A DNA stretch of 60,000 nucleotides from the NCBI RefSeq assembly GCF_009834535.1, contig NC_045697.1, positions 25,918,001-25,978,000 of the forward strand, in the 5' to 3' direction. This document shows positions 13,101-26,400 of this stretch, one piece after another. The translations under genes and the position numbers were made by a program. The DNA comes from Camelus ferus (Eukaryota). Within the stretch, counting starts at the first letter, position 1. Each line of letters opens with the position of its first letter. The notes beneath the pieces were generated by a model, which was not told the origin of the DNA, ran no database searches, and was given only the letters and a program-made list of their open reading frames with translations.

Positions 13101-16100
13101 GGATGAGTTAGATGCACATTTGAGAGTGAGATGCACTGCGCCTGAATGAGGCTGTCTTCATTTAAACAGGACGTTGGTAAGTCCAGGACTGCCTACATTC
13201 TGCAGCACTGTTGGCAATAATCTGAGAGTCTGCAGTAATACAACTGATTCCCAAGCCACTCCAGACACACAAGCTTGGGACTTTATTCCCTATCCTGTCC
13301 TAAGAGAACACAGATGACATAATTTGAGAGGAGACCAGCCACTGGTGAAAAGAAACCTTTTTCAGCTTAAATCTTTAAACTGAATATGCATAAACAGAAA
13401 CTGTAAGGATCCTCATGGGAAGTTCTATAAAAAGAAATCTTGTTTGGCAAGATAATTTTACTGTTGGTTTATGACAACTCTTTTGGTATATGCATTTTCT
13501 GGGGAATTTTTTCAAAAAGTTCAAGTGTTATGAAGTATGTAATGTGTGGCTTCAGGCACTATATTTCAAAAGAGAATTTTAACTAAGCCAATTAAATTAG
13601 TGTGCTTAAGAAATTATTCTTGTTTCTAAGAGGAGTCTGCATGCAACTTTTAACGACCTCCCCTCTTCCCCATTTGCTTTTTTCACACCATTAACAGTGT
13701 AATGGTAATATTCTTTGAAACTTCTCACCTTCTATGTAAATCAAGTCCGAAAACATTTTAATTAACATTTTCTGTGCAGGGAAAACTCTCAAAACAAAAT
13801 ATAGCTTCCCCCGTGGATTACCCTAATTTGTTGTTAATGAGCATTCATAAATTATCTCTAATTAACACATAGTCTCTTTAAATACACTTTTCAACTTGTA
13901 ATTTCTACTCCCTTCTCAGTAAATCATTTTCTAAGTATATACAGGCACACATACATTAAGGACAACTGTCAAAACCATAGTCAAATCTTTATTCAAATAA
14001 ATCAGGGGATTTTTACTACTGATTATTTACTGTAAAGTCACTTGAAAAGCTAATAATTGCCAATGACTGGACCATCAATATCAAAGGGGAAGGATCAACA
14101 ACATGCAGAAATAACCAGCCAAATAACATCATGTGTTGAAAATAATAGTAGTTTGAGTTTAAAGGAAACCCTGTTAAGTCTCTCATCGGTTTGCCTTAAT
14201 GTGCAAATTAAAGTATCAGTTACATTAATTGATTCTGATAGATGCATAAATACAACTTTCAAACACTTAATTAGACTATAATTCCATAACCTGAGGTCAC
14301 TGTGATAAAAACAAAATGTGTTCAGTGTCTTTAAAGAACATATCTGACAAATACTGTATGATCTCCCTTAGTTGGAGAATCTAAAAAAGTCAAACTCACA
14401 CAGAAGCATAGAGTAGAATGCTAGTTTCCAGGGGCTGGGAGTGGGAGGAATGGGGAGATGTTGATCAAAGAGTACAAAGTTTCAGTTATGAAGAATGAAT
14501 AGGTTCTGGAGATCTGATGTACAGCATGGTGACTATACTTAGTAATACTGTACTATATACTTGAACCTTGCTAAGAGTAGATCTTAATGTTCTCACCACA
14601 AACACACACACAAAATATGTGAGGTAATGAATATGTTGATTAGCCTAGATGGTGATAATCATTTCACAATGTATATGTATATCAGAAGCATCACACTGTG
14701 TAACAAATATACACAATTCTTATTTGTCAATTATACTTCAATAAATGTGGGGAAAAATAAATATTACAAATGTTTAAAAAAAGAGAACATTGTCTTTTAG
14801 CCAAGCTCTTGGTACTATCACTGCCTCCCAGTTTATATGAATTACCTTTGATTAAGCAGGATGATCCTTTCAAAAAGATACAAATTCTTAACAAACTATG
14901 GTTACCAAAGGGGAGAGGGGCAAGAGATACATTAGGAGTTTGGAATTAACAGGTACACATTACTATATACAAAACAGATAAACAACAAGGACCTTCTGTA
15001 TAGCACAGGTTGAACTATATTCAATTTCTTGTAATAATCTATAATGGAAAAGAATCTGAAAATATATGTGTATATATATATGAACAACCAAATTGCTTTG
15101 CTGTGTATGTGAAACTAACATTGCAAATTAACTACCCTTCAATAAAAAAAAATTTTTTAAAGATACAAATTCTTAAAACATATTCCATTAAGGTAAGAGA
15201 TTCTTCAGCTCAATTACAAATCATTCCATCTAAAAAAAAAAATTTCTCCATGAAGAGGCTTCCTTTGGCAGATTTAAAAATGCACCTTAGCTTGGGGAAA
15301 ACATTATAAAAAATTGAATTGTATGGAGGGTCATAGTTGAAAATATTTGGTACTATTAAAATGAAGAACCATCTTCTTTAAATAAAATTCTGTCAGCAAG
15401 AACACCAAACTAAATACAAAATTATTCTTTCTTTATTAAGTCCCTGCATAAAGCCTTTGGAATCAGACACCTGGGAAAGAATTCTGACTCTGTCACTTAC
15501 TGGCTATGTGATCTTGGACAAGTTATGTAGTATCTTGTAGGTTCATTTCTTTGTCTGTCAAGTGGGAATAATTACAGTAACAGTTTCACAGGGTTATTGT
15601 AAAGATAAAATGAGACCATTGAAGTGACATGTATAGAAGTCTGTTTTTCATGGATTAACCTCTCGAATGTCAGTTGCTCCTTTATGACTGCACTGGGATT
15701 ACCACTAGTTGTTTCTAGCAAACTTCTGTTGCTACACAATGGAAGTGCTGGTTCCTAAGTAGGATTAAAAAGTCCAGGGTGATTTTTAAATACTCTAAGA
15801 AAACATCCAACTACAAAAGTGACCCTTAACCAACATATTATGTAAATAGGAGGACAAGGATGAAGGAAGGAAGTCTAATGAAGATCAGGATGGGTGACTC
15901 ACTGAAGAAAACCAAAGAAAATCCAATCCGACCCAGTTCCAGATGGCTAGGATCATCAGCTGTGAAGTTTAGCATTTCCTTTCACAAACACAAACCTAAA
16001 GTTCATGAACCTTAAAATCTGGTGTGTTAAGTTCACATAACCCCAAATTCTTCAGTGCCTTATTTCTGCAAACTCTACTCTTCCTCTACTGGGAAAAGTG

Positions 16101-19100
16101 AAGAATGATAACACAGGATAATAAACGATACCAATCACTTGATACCCACACAGACTCCCCGCTAGGCCTATCAGATGGAACAACACAGCGGGAGATCCAG
16201 TACCTAATATAATGCAGCTCTCTGCATAGAGGGGTAAGGGCTGCAGAATTCAGTGCCATTTTGTCAGCTCCCTTCCTGGACATTCCATTTTGAAGAAAGT
16301 GAATGTGGGATGTATACACAAAGCAGGAATGCTACTAAGATTTAGTTGTGTCCACTTGGAGGCTTCCCTGCTGGAGGAACATACAGGGACAGTGGTCAAA
16401 ATGGGTGGAAAGCTCAACAGAAGCCACAATAAAATGGGCGGTAGAACTTTGGAAAACTGCCTAATCATTCCTTCTTCATAACATATTAACGGATGTCACT
16501 ATTCTGGTCCTTCTTTGTAGATGTCCACAACACAACATCCTGAAGCACTGCACACTCGGAGTATGCAAGCAATGATTACTCAAGGGAATTTTGTAATACA
16601 AGAGAAAAAAGCATCTTGAGGTCCGACTGTTACTCCACATTTAAAATAATTGCGTGGGTATCTCTTGAATCTCAAGGAAGTGGAGATGCTCTCGTATATA
16701 CCCATGTAACCACCATCCAAAACTGGAGATAGAACACTTACTTCTATCATCCTAGGAAGTACCCCCACTGAGTCCACCTGCTTGCTTCTGTGGCAACCCT
16801 TCTCCACACCCCAGGCAAACACCTTCTGACTTCTATCACCGTAAACGGTTTTGGCTGTTCTCAGGCGTCTCATGGACAGACTCATATGGTACTATTTTGT
16901 GTTGAGCTTCTTTTGCTCAACAAGGATTTGAAGATTCACCCACATTGTTGCATTCATTCACTTTTATTGCTAACTAGTATTCTATTGTCTGACTATATCA
17001 TTTTCCTATTGAAGGACATGAGGAATGCGTCCATGTTTCAGTTTTTATGAATAAAGCTGCTTATGAACACTCTTGAACAAGTGCTTTAATGGACATAATA
17101 CCTAGAAATAGAGCTGCGGGATCATGGGGTAGATGTATGAGCAACTTTACTTTAAAAACTTCCAAAAAGCTCTCCATAGTGATTGTGTGATTTTACCTTC
17201 CACCAACAATTTACGAGGGTTTTAGTTAATCAACACCTTGTCAATGTTAGGTGTTGTCACTCTTTATAACTTTAGTTATACTAATAAGGTATCTTATGGT
17301 TTTAGTTTGTATTTCCTTGATAACAATGCTGAGCACTTTTGGTTCAATCACTTATTGGCCATTCCTACGTCTCCCCTCCTGTAGTGTCTGTCTAATACAT
17401 TGCCCAGATTTTTATTGGGTTGTCTTTTTACTGTCGATTTGGAGGAGTTCTTTATAATTCTGCATATGAGGCCTTTTTCAGATATATGTACTATGAATAT
17501 ATTTTTCTCAGTCTGGAACACGCCTATTCATATTCTTAGTGGAGTCTTTTGATGAGCATGCTAATATATAAATATGTATTGATATGTATATGTATGTGTA
17601 TATATATGTATATAAATTGAAAAACAACTTTTACATATATTCTTGTTTCAACGTTACAACAATCTGGCGTGCGGGACTCATACTATCATCATCATATTAC
17701 AGACCCAGAAATTGAGGTTGAGAGTTTACGTTTCTTATTCACACAACCAACTTGGCAGATTTGAGATTTTCTGATGCTAAGTTCAATATTCTTATATCTA
17801 TGCCCTCCTTTTCATCTCCTTCCTCTCTCCATCCCTCAATTCTTTAATAAAAGCTTCTAGGGAATTCAAACTTATGGGGATATATCATTAAGATTCAATT
17901 AGTAAATATGATACTATGAGTCAATTCATTAAAAAAATAGGGAATCTATTAATCAGATTTAATTTTTAATCAGACTTAATATTTGGGTTTTGCCTTTTTA
18001 TTCCATATTTTATTAATTTCCATTAGCTCAACTCAAGCTATTTTTGCCTTAAGGCCTGACACAGTCTCTTAATTTTATTGACTGAGATGCTGATTTATAT
18101 GCTAGTCTATTTAACACATATTAGAGTTTTCTCTAGGACTTTAATCATTCTCTGCACTAAAAAATATGAGGTGCTCAAAAAGGCCATATACATTCTTTAC
18201 TGTGTTTCTGGGTGTGTTAATGTCATGCCAGAAGCTGAAAGAAATCATCAGTTTCTTATGCATTTTACTTACTACAGGCCTTGACTTCCAAGAGAGAGGG
18301 CTGAGAGTTATGAAATAAGAATGCTAATACCCACACAAAAATATATACATATTCAAATACTACATATACAAATACCTTCAGATCCTTGTAAAGAAAGAGA
18401 TATCCATCTCGTAAAACAAAATACCGGTCTTGAAACTTATTTCCAGACAGTATTTTAGATGGTTCTTCTTTGATTTTCAAGAATCCCTCTTTGATACTTT
18501 CCAGGCCCTTCCTCTCTGTAAAATACAAATTTTACTTTTGTAAGTTAGGTACATTTTCATTTATTTGGAATAGAATATGAAACATTTGTGTATCTTCAGT
18601 TTTGATAATATAAAGTAATAACTTGTGTCTTACCATTAAGAAGCCTCCAGTTAATTTCTGGGAACACCCTGTGTCAGGGGAGTGTCAGGCAACTCACAGA
18701 TCTAGATCTATTTATAATCTATTTACAATATATAGGCCTGTCTATGCTGTCCAGTTAGCTACTGGCTAATAAGTGCTTGAAACATGGTTAGTTTCAATTG
18801 AGACGTTCTATGAGTATAAAATATATACCATACTTTGAAGACTTAGTTACCCTCTCCACAAAAATCACAATTTTATAATATTGATTATATATTGAAGGGA
18901 TTTTACTAATATATTCTATTTAAACTTATGCCCAAAATATTAATTGCACCTGTGCATGTGTACGTGTGTGTGTGTGTGTATAAATGTGGCTACTAGGCAA
19001 TTTAAAATTATATAATCAGCTTGCATTGTATTTCTTTTGAACAGCACTCATATAAACAATGCAAATGCACAGATAAAAGGGAAACCTCTTCTGGGTTTCT

Positions 19101-22100
19101 GAGTCAGGAATCCAGAAATTCTTAAGGCATTTGAGAAATTTCTGTACCTGTGAAACTAGCAAGGGTAAATAAGACAGAACTGATAATAACACTTGTGCAA
19201 TACTGCCAGTGTCCCACACTTGGAAAGCATCTCAACAATTCTATTCAAAGCCACTTCTGGGGTAAGAAAACCATGTTGCATTTGTATAAATGTATCACTG
19301 TATCTCCAGTACACAACTTTCTTCTTGAAATCCTGACAATATCCAACTGTCTCCGTGAGAACTGAGGAACAGTGGAAAGAAAAGGAACCTGAAGGCCAAC
19401 AGCCATGACACGGTCACTGTGGGGTCAGCTCCTGCTTCTCCAGTACAACAGGAGTAATGGCACTCATCCTGCAGGCTGTTGTGGTCCTCATATTAGATGG
19501 CATCCCCAAAAAATGTAGGGCAGGACACTCCATCAGGATGAGGACCTTTAGTAATTTCCTGGTATTAAGGTGACACAGTTTTTAAATATTTATGCATAGT
19601 TTCTAAAATTTACAAGATAACTTGAATGATTTTAGAAAGAACTCTTAGTCTTAAACCTAGTAATTCCTTGGTTTGGGGAAACCTTAACTTACACAGCAAA
19701 TAATACACAGATGTTCACAATTACAATTAGCATAAGAAAACAAGAGCTTAAAAAAAAATCGTTCTTAATAACTCCACAGAATGATGACCTGGAAGCAAAA
19801 ATCCCCAGGATTAATCACATCACTGATCCTATCCAGAAACAAAGGTAATTAACAAGACCCAATAGTTTCCATGATGTACATTGCTGGTCACAGACAATGT
19901 TCTTTTAATCACACTGTCATATTAAAATAGGTTCTTTTCAGGTAGTTTCTGACTTAAAACTAGTTTGTGAAAAATATATTGCTGAATTATGTCTCCTGGA
20001 ACAATCCCTTAATATTCAATTCCATAGAAAAATATTTTAAATAATCTTTTATAGCTAAATAACTTCTATTTGAATTACAAATAACACTTTTTCAATTAAA
20101 AGACTTGAAAGAAAACGTTTTACTGCAATGAGAAGATCAAGAAAAAAACAATTATATAAAACTAGTATTCAGCAAAATTCACACGACATCATTCATTTCT
20201 TCACAGAGTATTAAGGGTCTAGTATGCACTTGGTTCTAATAACATTAACGCAGATAGAGATGGTTTCTGGACTTGTAGTGCAGTGTTGGAGACACAGATA
20301 AACATGTGCTAACCAACAATGCTTGTGTATCCTGATAGAGTACAGTGGGCAATTTAGAAAACACTGGGTGAGCTTCGTGATTCGGCTGATTTAGAGCCAG
20401 AAAGTGGAGAAAAGCATTTATCATATTAGTGATTTAGAAATAGGTAAAGCATTTAAAAGCATTAAATTACAATCAAGTTGTAAGATATAGATACTGTTTA
20501 AGCCAAACCAATTCTATTCACACCTTCTGACTGTACCTTTTTCATTTAGATTTTTGTTCAATTTAATAAAGCTTTTTAATTTGACCAGTAAGAAACAATC
20601 ATGAGTTCAGTGTCTAAGTAAATTACTCATAGGTCAAAGAGAAAACAGGATGCTTGGGGAATAAATATTGTTTCCATCTTTGGTGAATATTTATTAAAAT
20701 TTACTTTAATAATCATTATATATAATTAAGTATATTAGCTAAATCTTCACACATACACTGTTAAGGAACTTAGAAGGAGGCTTTGAGAGGAATATATGTT
20801 AAGGAGGAGGGAAGAATGAAAAGAATTTTGAAATACAAAGTTTGATTACAAATATCAAGGACTTAAAAGAATTTTTAAAAGCTCTCATGATAACATTTCT
20901 GTCTGCTCTCAAAATGTTAAAATAAGTAGGAAAAATACCCAGTGCTTAAGGGCCAAAATGAAGTTGCCTACTTTGGGGAACATGCATGACTTAGTGTGTA
21001 ACAAAACCAAGGTTTATGAATTAAAGGGCTTCTAATAATTCACTTTTCCAAATGCTTCCAGTTCTGCGTGGTCCCTTGACTTCAGGGTACTTCACTCTCA
21101 TATTTTCATTCCCTCCACCTCATCCTCGGTAAAAAGCTTAAGATCTTTTGTTCCAGAAGAATATAGTTCAGCACAAAGTTCATACCAGCTGTATCCACCA
21201 CACCTGCTGTCCAGACCCTGTCCAGGTTTGAGTTCATCTTGAGTTTGTCAGAATATGTTTCATGCCTTGCATGTCCCTTTGGACGAAGAGTTCAAATTTC
21301 TGCTACTCGGATGTTTGCAGTGGGATTTCTGCTTCATAATTCTTGAAATTCTGGTCCGATACTATGCTTTGGGCCTCCCCCTTTCTTTGAATCTTGCGAT
21401 CTTCATAGTTCTTCCCAGCACACTGGTCTTTCTAGATGTCAAGCTTTTTCAGCTCCTAACTTCAGAGCAGTATTCTTAAATTTCTAATAGCACATATGCA
21501 GTCCTTCTGGCCACGCCCCTTGTTACATCATTCTATAGTCATATAGTCAGTTTACAGTCATAGAGGGATCCATTGGGTCCCTCTGATCCAATCAAAAAGA
21601 ATGATTTTACATATCATATGGTCCACGATATAAATCTTAGGTATGGTGTAATATAAGTTATTAAGCATGGAATACGTCTATGTAATAAGAATTTTAAAAA
21701 GAAAAAAAGGCACACCACGTATATTTGCTTTTAATTAAAAAAAACCATCTACAGCACATAATAAATAAAGCCATTAAGTAAATGACTTGGGAAAGCCATC
21801 TAATTCTTTTGCAGGTGTAACAGATAAGAAGGTTTAATGTACAACCAAAGCATTTAATTCCTTCAGAGCAAGATTCTGGGATATACCCTGTAGGTTCAAT
21901 TGCATTTACTACCTTTTTTGTCTTTCATTCCAGTCAAATTCCAGTATACTGTTATCTCTAGAGAATCATAAATTCCTCCCCCCTTCCTGGTGGTTGTGAG
22001 GGCAAGGAAAGCTCAGTTGGAGTTCAGTGAGGGGTCTTCAGAGTTAATACTGGGTGAAGTGATAGTTTGGTATTCTTAGTTATAGTGTGTGGTAATTGTA

Positions 22101-23382
22101 TTAGTAAGAAAAGCCCTTCAAAATTGCATGTATGAAACAAAACAGAAATGAACAAATATATTTAAACAGAATAGATGTCATATAACTGGGACTCTGGGAC
22201 TATGAAACTGATACCCTCCCCCCCAAAAAAGTTTTTCCAAACCATTTGAAAATCTCAACTTTTCATACAAACACAGTAATTCCTAACTAGTGGCCTCTAA
22301 TCCCAATTAAATAACTGATGACAGAGACAGGAAGAAACAGAAAAAGGAAGTGAGGGAGAGGAGGAAGGGCAGACAGAGGGGAACATAAACTTGGGAATGA
22401 TGACTATAAGATACATATCCCCCCTTTATCCCTCATGTCCAGTCAGTTAGCACTGCAGCCACTGTTCTTCCAGAATTTCTCTTTGGGGTTCACCTCCGCT
22501 TCTTTTTCAATTTCGTCTCTCTAACCCCTGCCTTTTCTACCTAATACCCAGCTTCCAGGACCCTGTGACTCCATGTTCTACTTTTCTAATGGCTCCATAC
22601 GATTCCAGATTCATGTTATGCAAAAATGCTCTAGCACATGAATCCCCTTTCCAAAGCTCTACTTTTCTACTATCTCAAGTCTTACCCACCCAACATTAAA
22701 AGCCTTAACTTCTTTCCCTGAATTTTGAAGGGTTAAAGAAACTAGACTCCTCCTACGCATCTCCATAAACTAAAAAGTTAAAATATGATATTTATTTATA
22801 TTCAGTTGATCATAATACTTTGCTTGGAAAACCAGTCCTTGTCTCTGGCGTGACTCAAGTGGATCAGTGGACTGAATCTGAAGGAACTCCCATTCTCCTT
22901 GGTTCTACACCTGTTTTAGCCCGACTTCTGCACCCAACTCAGCCATGACAATTTTTTTCTAACTACTTCAGTCCACATTTGTTATTTATGTCTCAAAACT
23001 CTAAGGGAAAAATTAGGCAATGACACGTAGAAAGTCACACTGGCCTCATAATTTAGCTCTCAAGTACATAATCATTTCCTGTTTGCCTTTTAAAACCATG
23101 CGGACTTTGGATTTTCCTCCCCAACCTATGTGAGAACTGACATAGTCCAGTGACTCGGAGCGCACTCTGGAGCTGGACCATCTGGGCTTGAATGACAACC
23201 ACACCCTCCACTGGCTCCCAGGCAGTCATCTCTAAATCTCAGTCTCCTCACCTGCAAAATGGGGACCATACAGTCATCAACCAGTACATTTGGTACGTAA
23301 GTGCTGAGAACAGTGCTTGGTACAGACCAAGCAGAAAATAATTGCTTATTTATCTATGGAGGACAGACATCTTTCTCTCTCT

Positions 23383-23446
<64 letters not shown>

Positions 23447-26400
23447 CCCCCCTTCACTTTCTTTCTTTTTTTTCCTGCACTGCAGAGTCTGTAGTAAGAG
23501 AGGAAAAATTACCCTTCCAAAGGTTTGATGATTTATAGACTGAATTTATAAGTTTTAAAAACTAAAATCTGACTTATCCTTGATTGCAGTACAGCAAGTG
23601 GTTGAGGAGGGAATACATGGCCTGGATTTGGAGAGATTCTGACTAATTCCTGCTCCTTCCCTTACCAGCAGATCACCTTGAGGGAGTTATTAATGCCTCC
23701 CTGTCCCAGCTTCCCCACTTACAAAAGGTTAGTGAGCACTATAAAATCTCCGAAGACTACGAGGGAATTAAATAAGATGGTGTGCGCAGGGCAGTCAGCC
23801 CAGCCTCTGGAACACAGTGAATTCATGATAACTACGAGCTACTCTCTCTTATATACGATCTGAGCAGTGACAAGCCACTACACGACAATGGGTCCATTTC
23901 TCATGGTCTCTGTGTGTCTCCCTTCTTTTGCTGCCAAAACGTATTTCCTCAGGCCTGTACATTGTCTGAAAAACCAAGTTTCACCCCTGCCTGTGTAGTC
24001 CAAGTGCTGGAGGAGACAGTTTCCATGAGAGCCATTCTCCTGAAAATATGCCACAACCAAGTGGTATTTGGCAATATTTACAGCCTAACATCTAAAATTT
24101 TCTCCCACATTAAAGATTATGCATATTCTTTTGTTTGATATTGACTGTATAGAACACATGTATTCTTTATAACTTGGAGGAGGAAGAATTTCTGATATAT
24201 TTCACTCACTGGATGACATTCACTCAAAATGCATTTACTAAAATTTAGTTCTACAACTGAGTAGAAATCAAACTGGATACAACAGCTGCCTGACAGTAAT
24301 CTATTTCTTAGGAAAAGTCAAATGGGCGCCCCTCCCCCCATTCTCAGTCTATTTTCCTTTATGTTACTTGTATTGAAGAAGCAACGCTCAACAGAACTAG
24401 CAGTCTGATGACCTCCTCCTGTAATTAGATTACCCATAAATAGCACAATTGTAAATATCGTTACTACTGGAGAACTGACTAGAAAAGTGCCAGATTCCAT
24501 GCCATTTTAATGACAATGCAGCAAACTGCAGGAAGTAGAACACTACTTTTCTATTCTATCACTAATTTCTAAGAAAATACTTCCACTTGAAGTGGAAGGA
24601 CTAGGTCTTGCCTTCAACTTATACCCATCTTTGGAGTTAAAGACATTTGATGCAGAGTGGAATATAAATTCTTTCAGCTAGATTCTGATTTATGAACTCA
24701 CAGTATTTTTGCTGGAATTTTCTTTTATTTTCTTAAGTCAGTCAACAGAGGACAGCTCAGCTTTCCAGGTCTGAATTTGCCGGAAGCAGTTGCATTTTGA
24801 ACTCTTCTATTCTAATGCAAATTTAATTCCAAAGCATCTGTCATATGCGGCAATCTAAATTTAGAAACCCCCAGGCATCTGCATTTGAGTTACATCTTCT
24901 ATCTTAAAAGTAGTTCTTCCCCATTGAGATCATTACAACCTGATTCCATTGTATCATATTCTATTGGGATAATATTAAAGAACTTTAGTGCTTAAAATAA
25001 GAGATCTGTGACATAAAATCACATATTCTGGAACCTTACAGAAGCTATACATGTATGGCTTACTTGAGATTGAGATGTTGAAAGTTAACACAATACAAGA
25101 GATAACGATAATACAAGATGTTCGAATATGATTAGCTATGACAAAGTCTAAATGGCAATTTAAATGAAGTTTTACTTCCCCTCTCTCAATGTCTCAGTCA
25201 TAATCCGTGGGGTAGAAAAGAAATTTGGACTATTATTTTTCTTTTCAAGTTAGTTAACTCCTCATTACAATAATGACAATAGCCCAAAATGTCTCTAAGA
25301 AATAAAATGTGGCTTTTGAAAAACAGAATTGATTTTTAAGTAGAGACGACAGAAAATTCATTTACTCTCATACACTTCCATGAAAGTAAAGTATGTTACG
25401 ACACTGCCTTAAATGAATGAACAGAAATTAAGTACTGGATGATTCTCGAATCTATTCCTTCTTGTAATGTCTGTATTTTAAACTGTTTAGAAAAAGTGAG
25501 AACACTGAGAGAATTGAAGCCCCTGAACAACCCTAAACTCGTAAAGGTATTTGAGAAAATTCTTCAGTTAGCAAGAAGGTGGTGAAAACAATATTAAACA
25601 AAAGTACAGGCTTAGAATATGTTACATAAAATCAGAAAGGCTATCATACAATTACCAAAATGCAAGTCATATGTGTGTGTGTGTAAGTGGATACAGGGTC
25701 GAGACAGGAAGAGACAGGGATTGGTAGACAGTAAAATTTATGACAACTAGGTATCGGGTATGACAAGATAGGGTGCAAAGGATGTGGAAGTGTTACTTCA
25801 AGTTTTAACAAAATATTAACACATTCCCTATCTGTTACTGAGACAAATCACCTTTGTTTCAAACTCGGCTAATTTCTACTCTGCCTCCAGGTTAGAATAA
25901 AAAAATCTTAAGAAAGGAAAGGAAATCATTAACAGTGTTTCCTTGCTGTAAAGAGCAATGTGTTTCTGAGATGATTCCAGCTTTTCTGCTAATGAATTGA
26001 CAGAGAAATCACATTTGATTTGCTTTCATTATTGTCCTTTTAGATCCCAGTTTGAAGGAGCAGTGCATGTCAGGAATGGGGCAATAATTCTGGAGTAGGT
26101 GGTCACTGTGATTGATTTAGGAGACATTTGCCAAGACAGAGACAAAGGAGACTGAACACCTAACCAGCTTAAAATCTATCACAAAGTGTACCCCGTTAAG
26201 AAGTACTTAAAGAAGCTTTGGCCTGGTGTTCGTTTTTTAAATCAAATTCCTTAAGTCACCATTTTTTTCTTACAGTTGTGTCTTACAGCAACCTGGAGTT
26301 TTTAAGTGCTACTTTAAATTCGCACAGAAGCAGGACCAAGTATAATGACAAAGATTATTTTACTTTGACAATCTGAATATAAATCAGGCTCTAATTTAAA

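Noticed and set aside
21805..21815. Strong plus-strand acceptor TTCTTTTGCAG|G
   Set aside because: No convincing partner exon structure; such motifs are common in AT-rich introns
23301..23538. SLSLSL/FLSL-rich ORFs (also 56731-57081)
   Set aside because: Translations of (TC)n and (GAAA)n microsatellites
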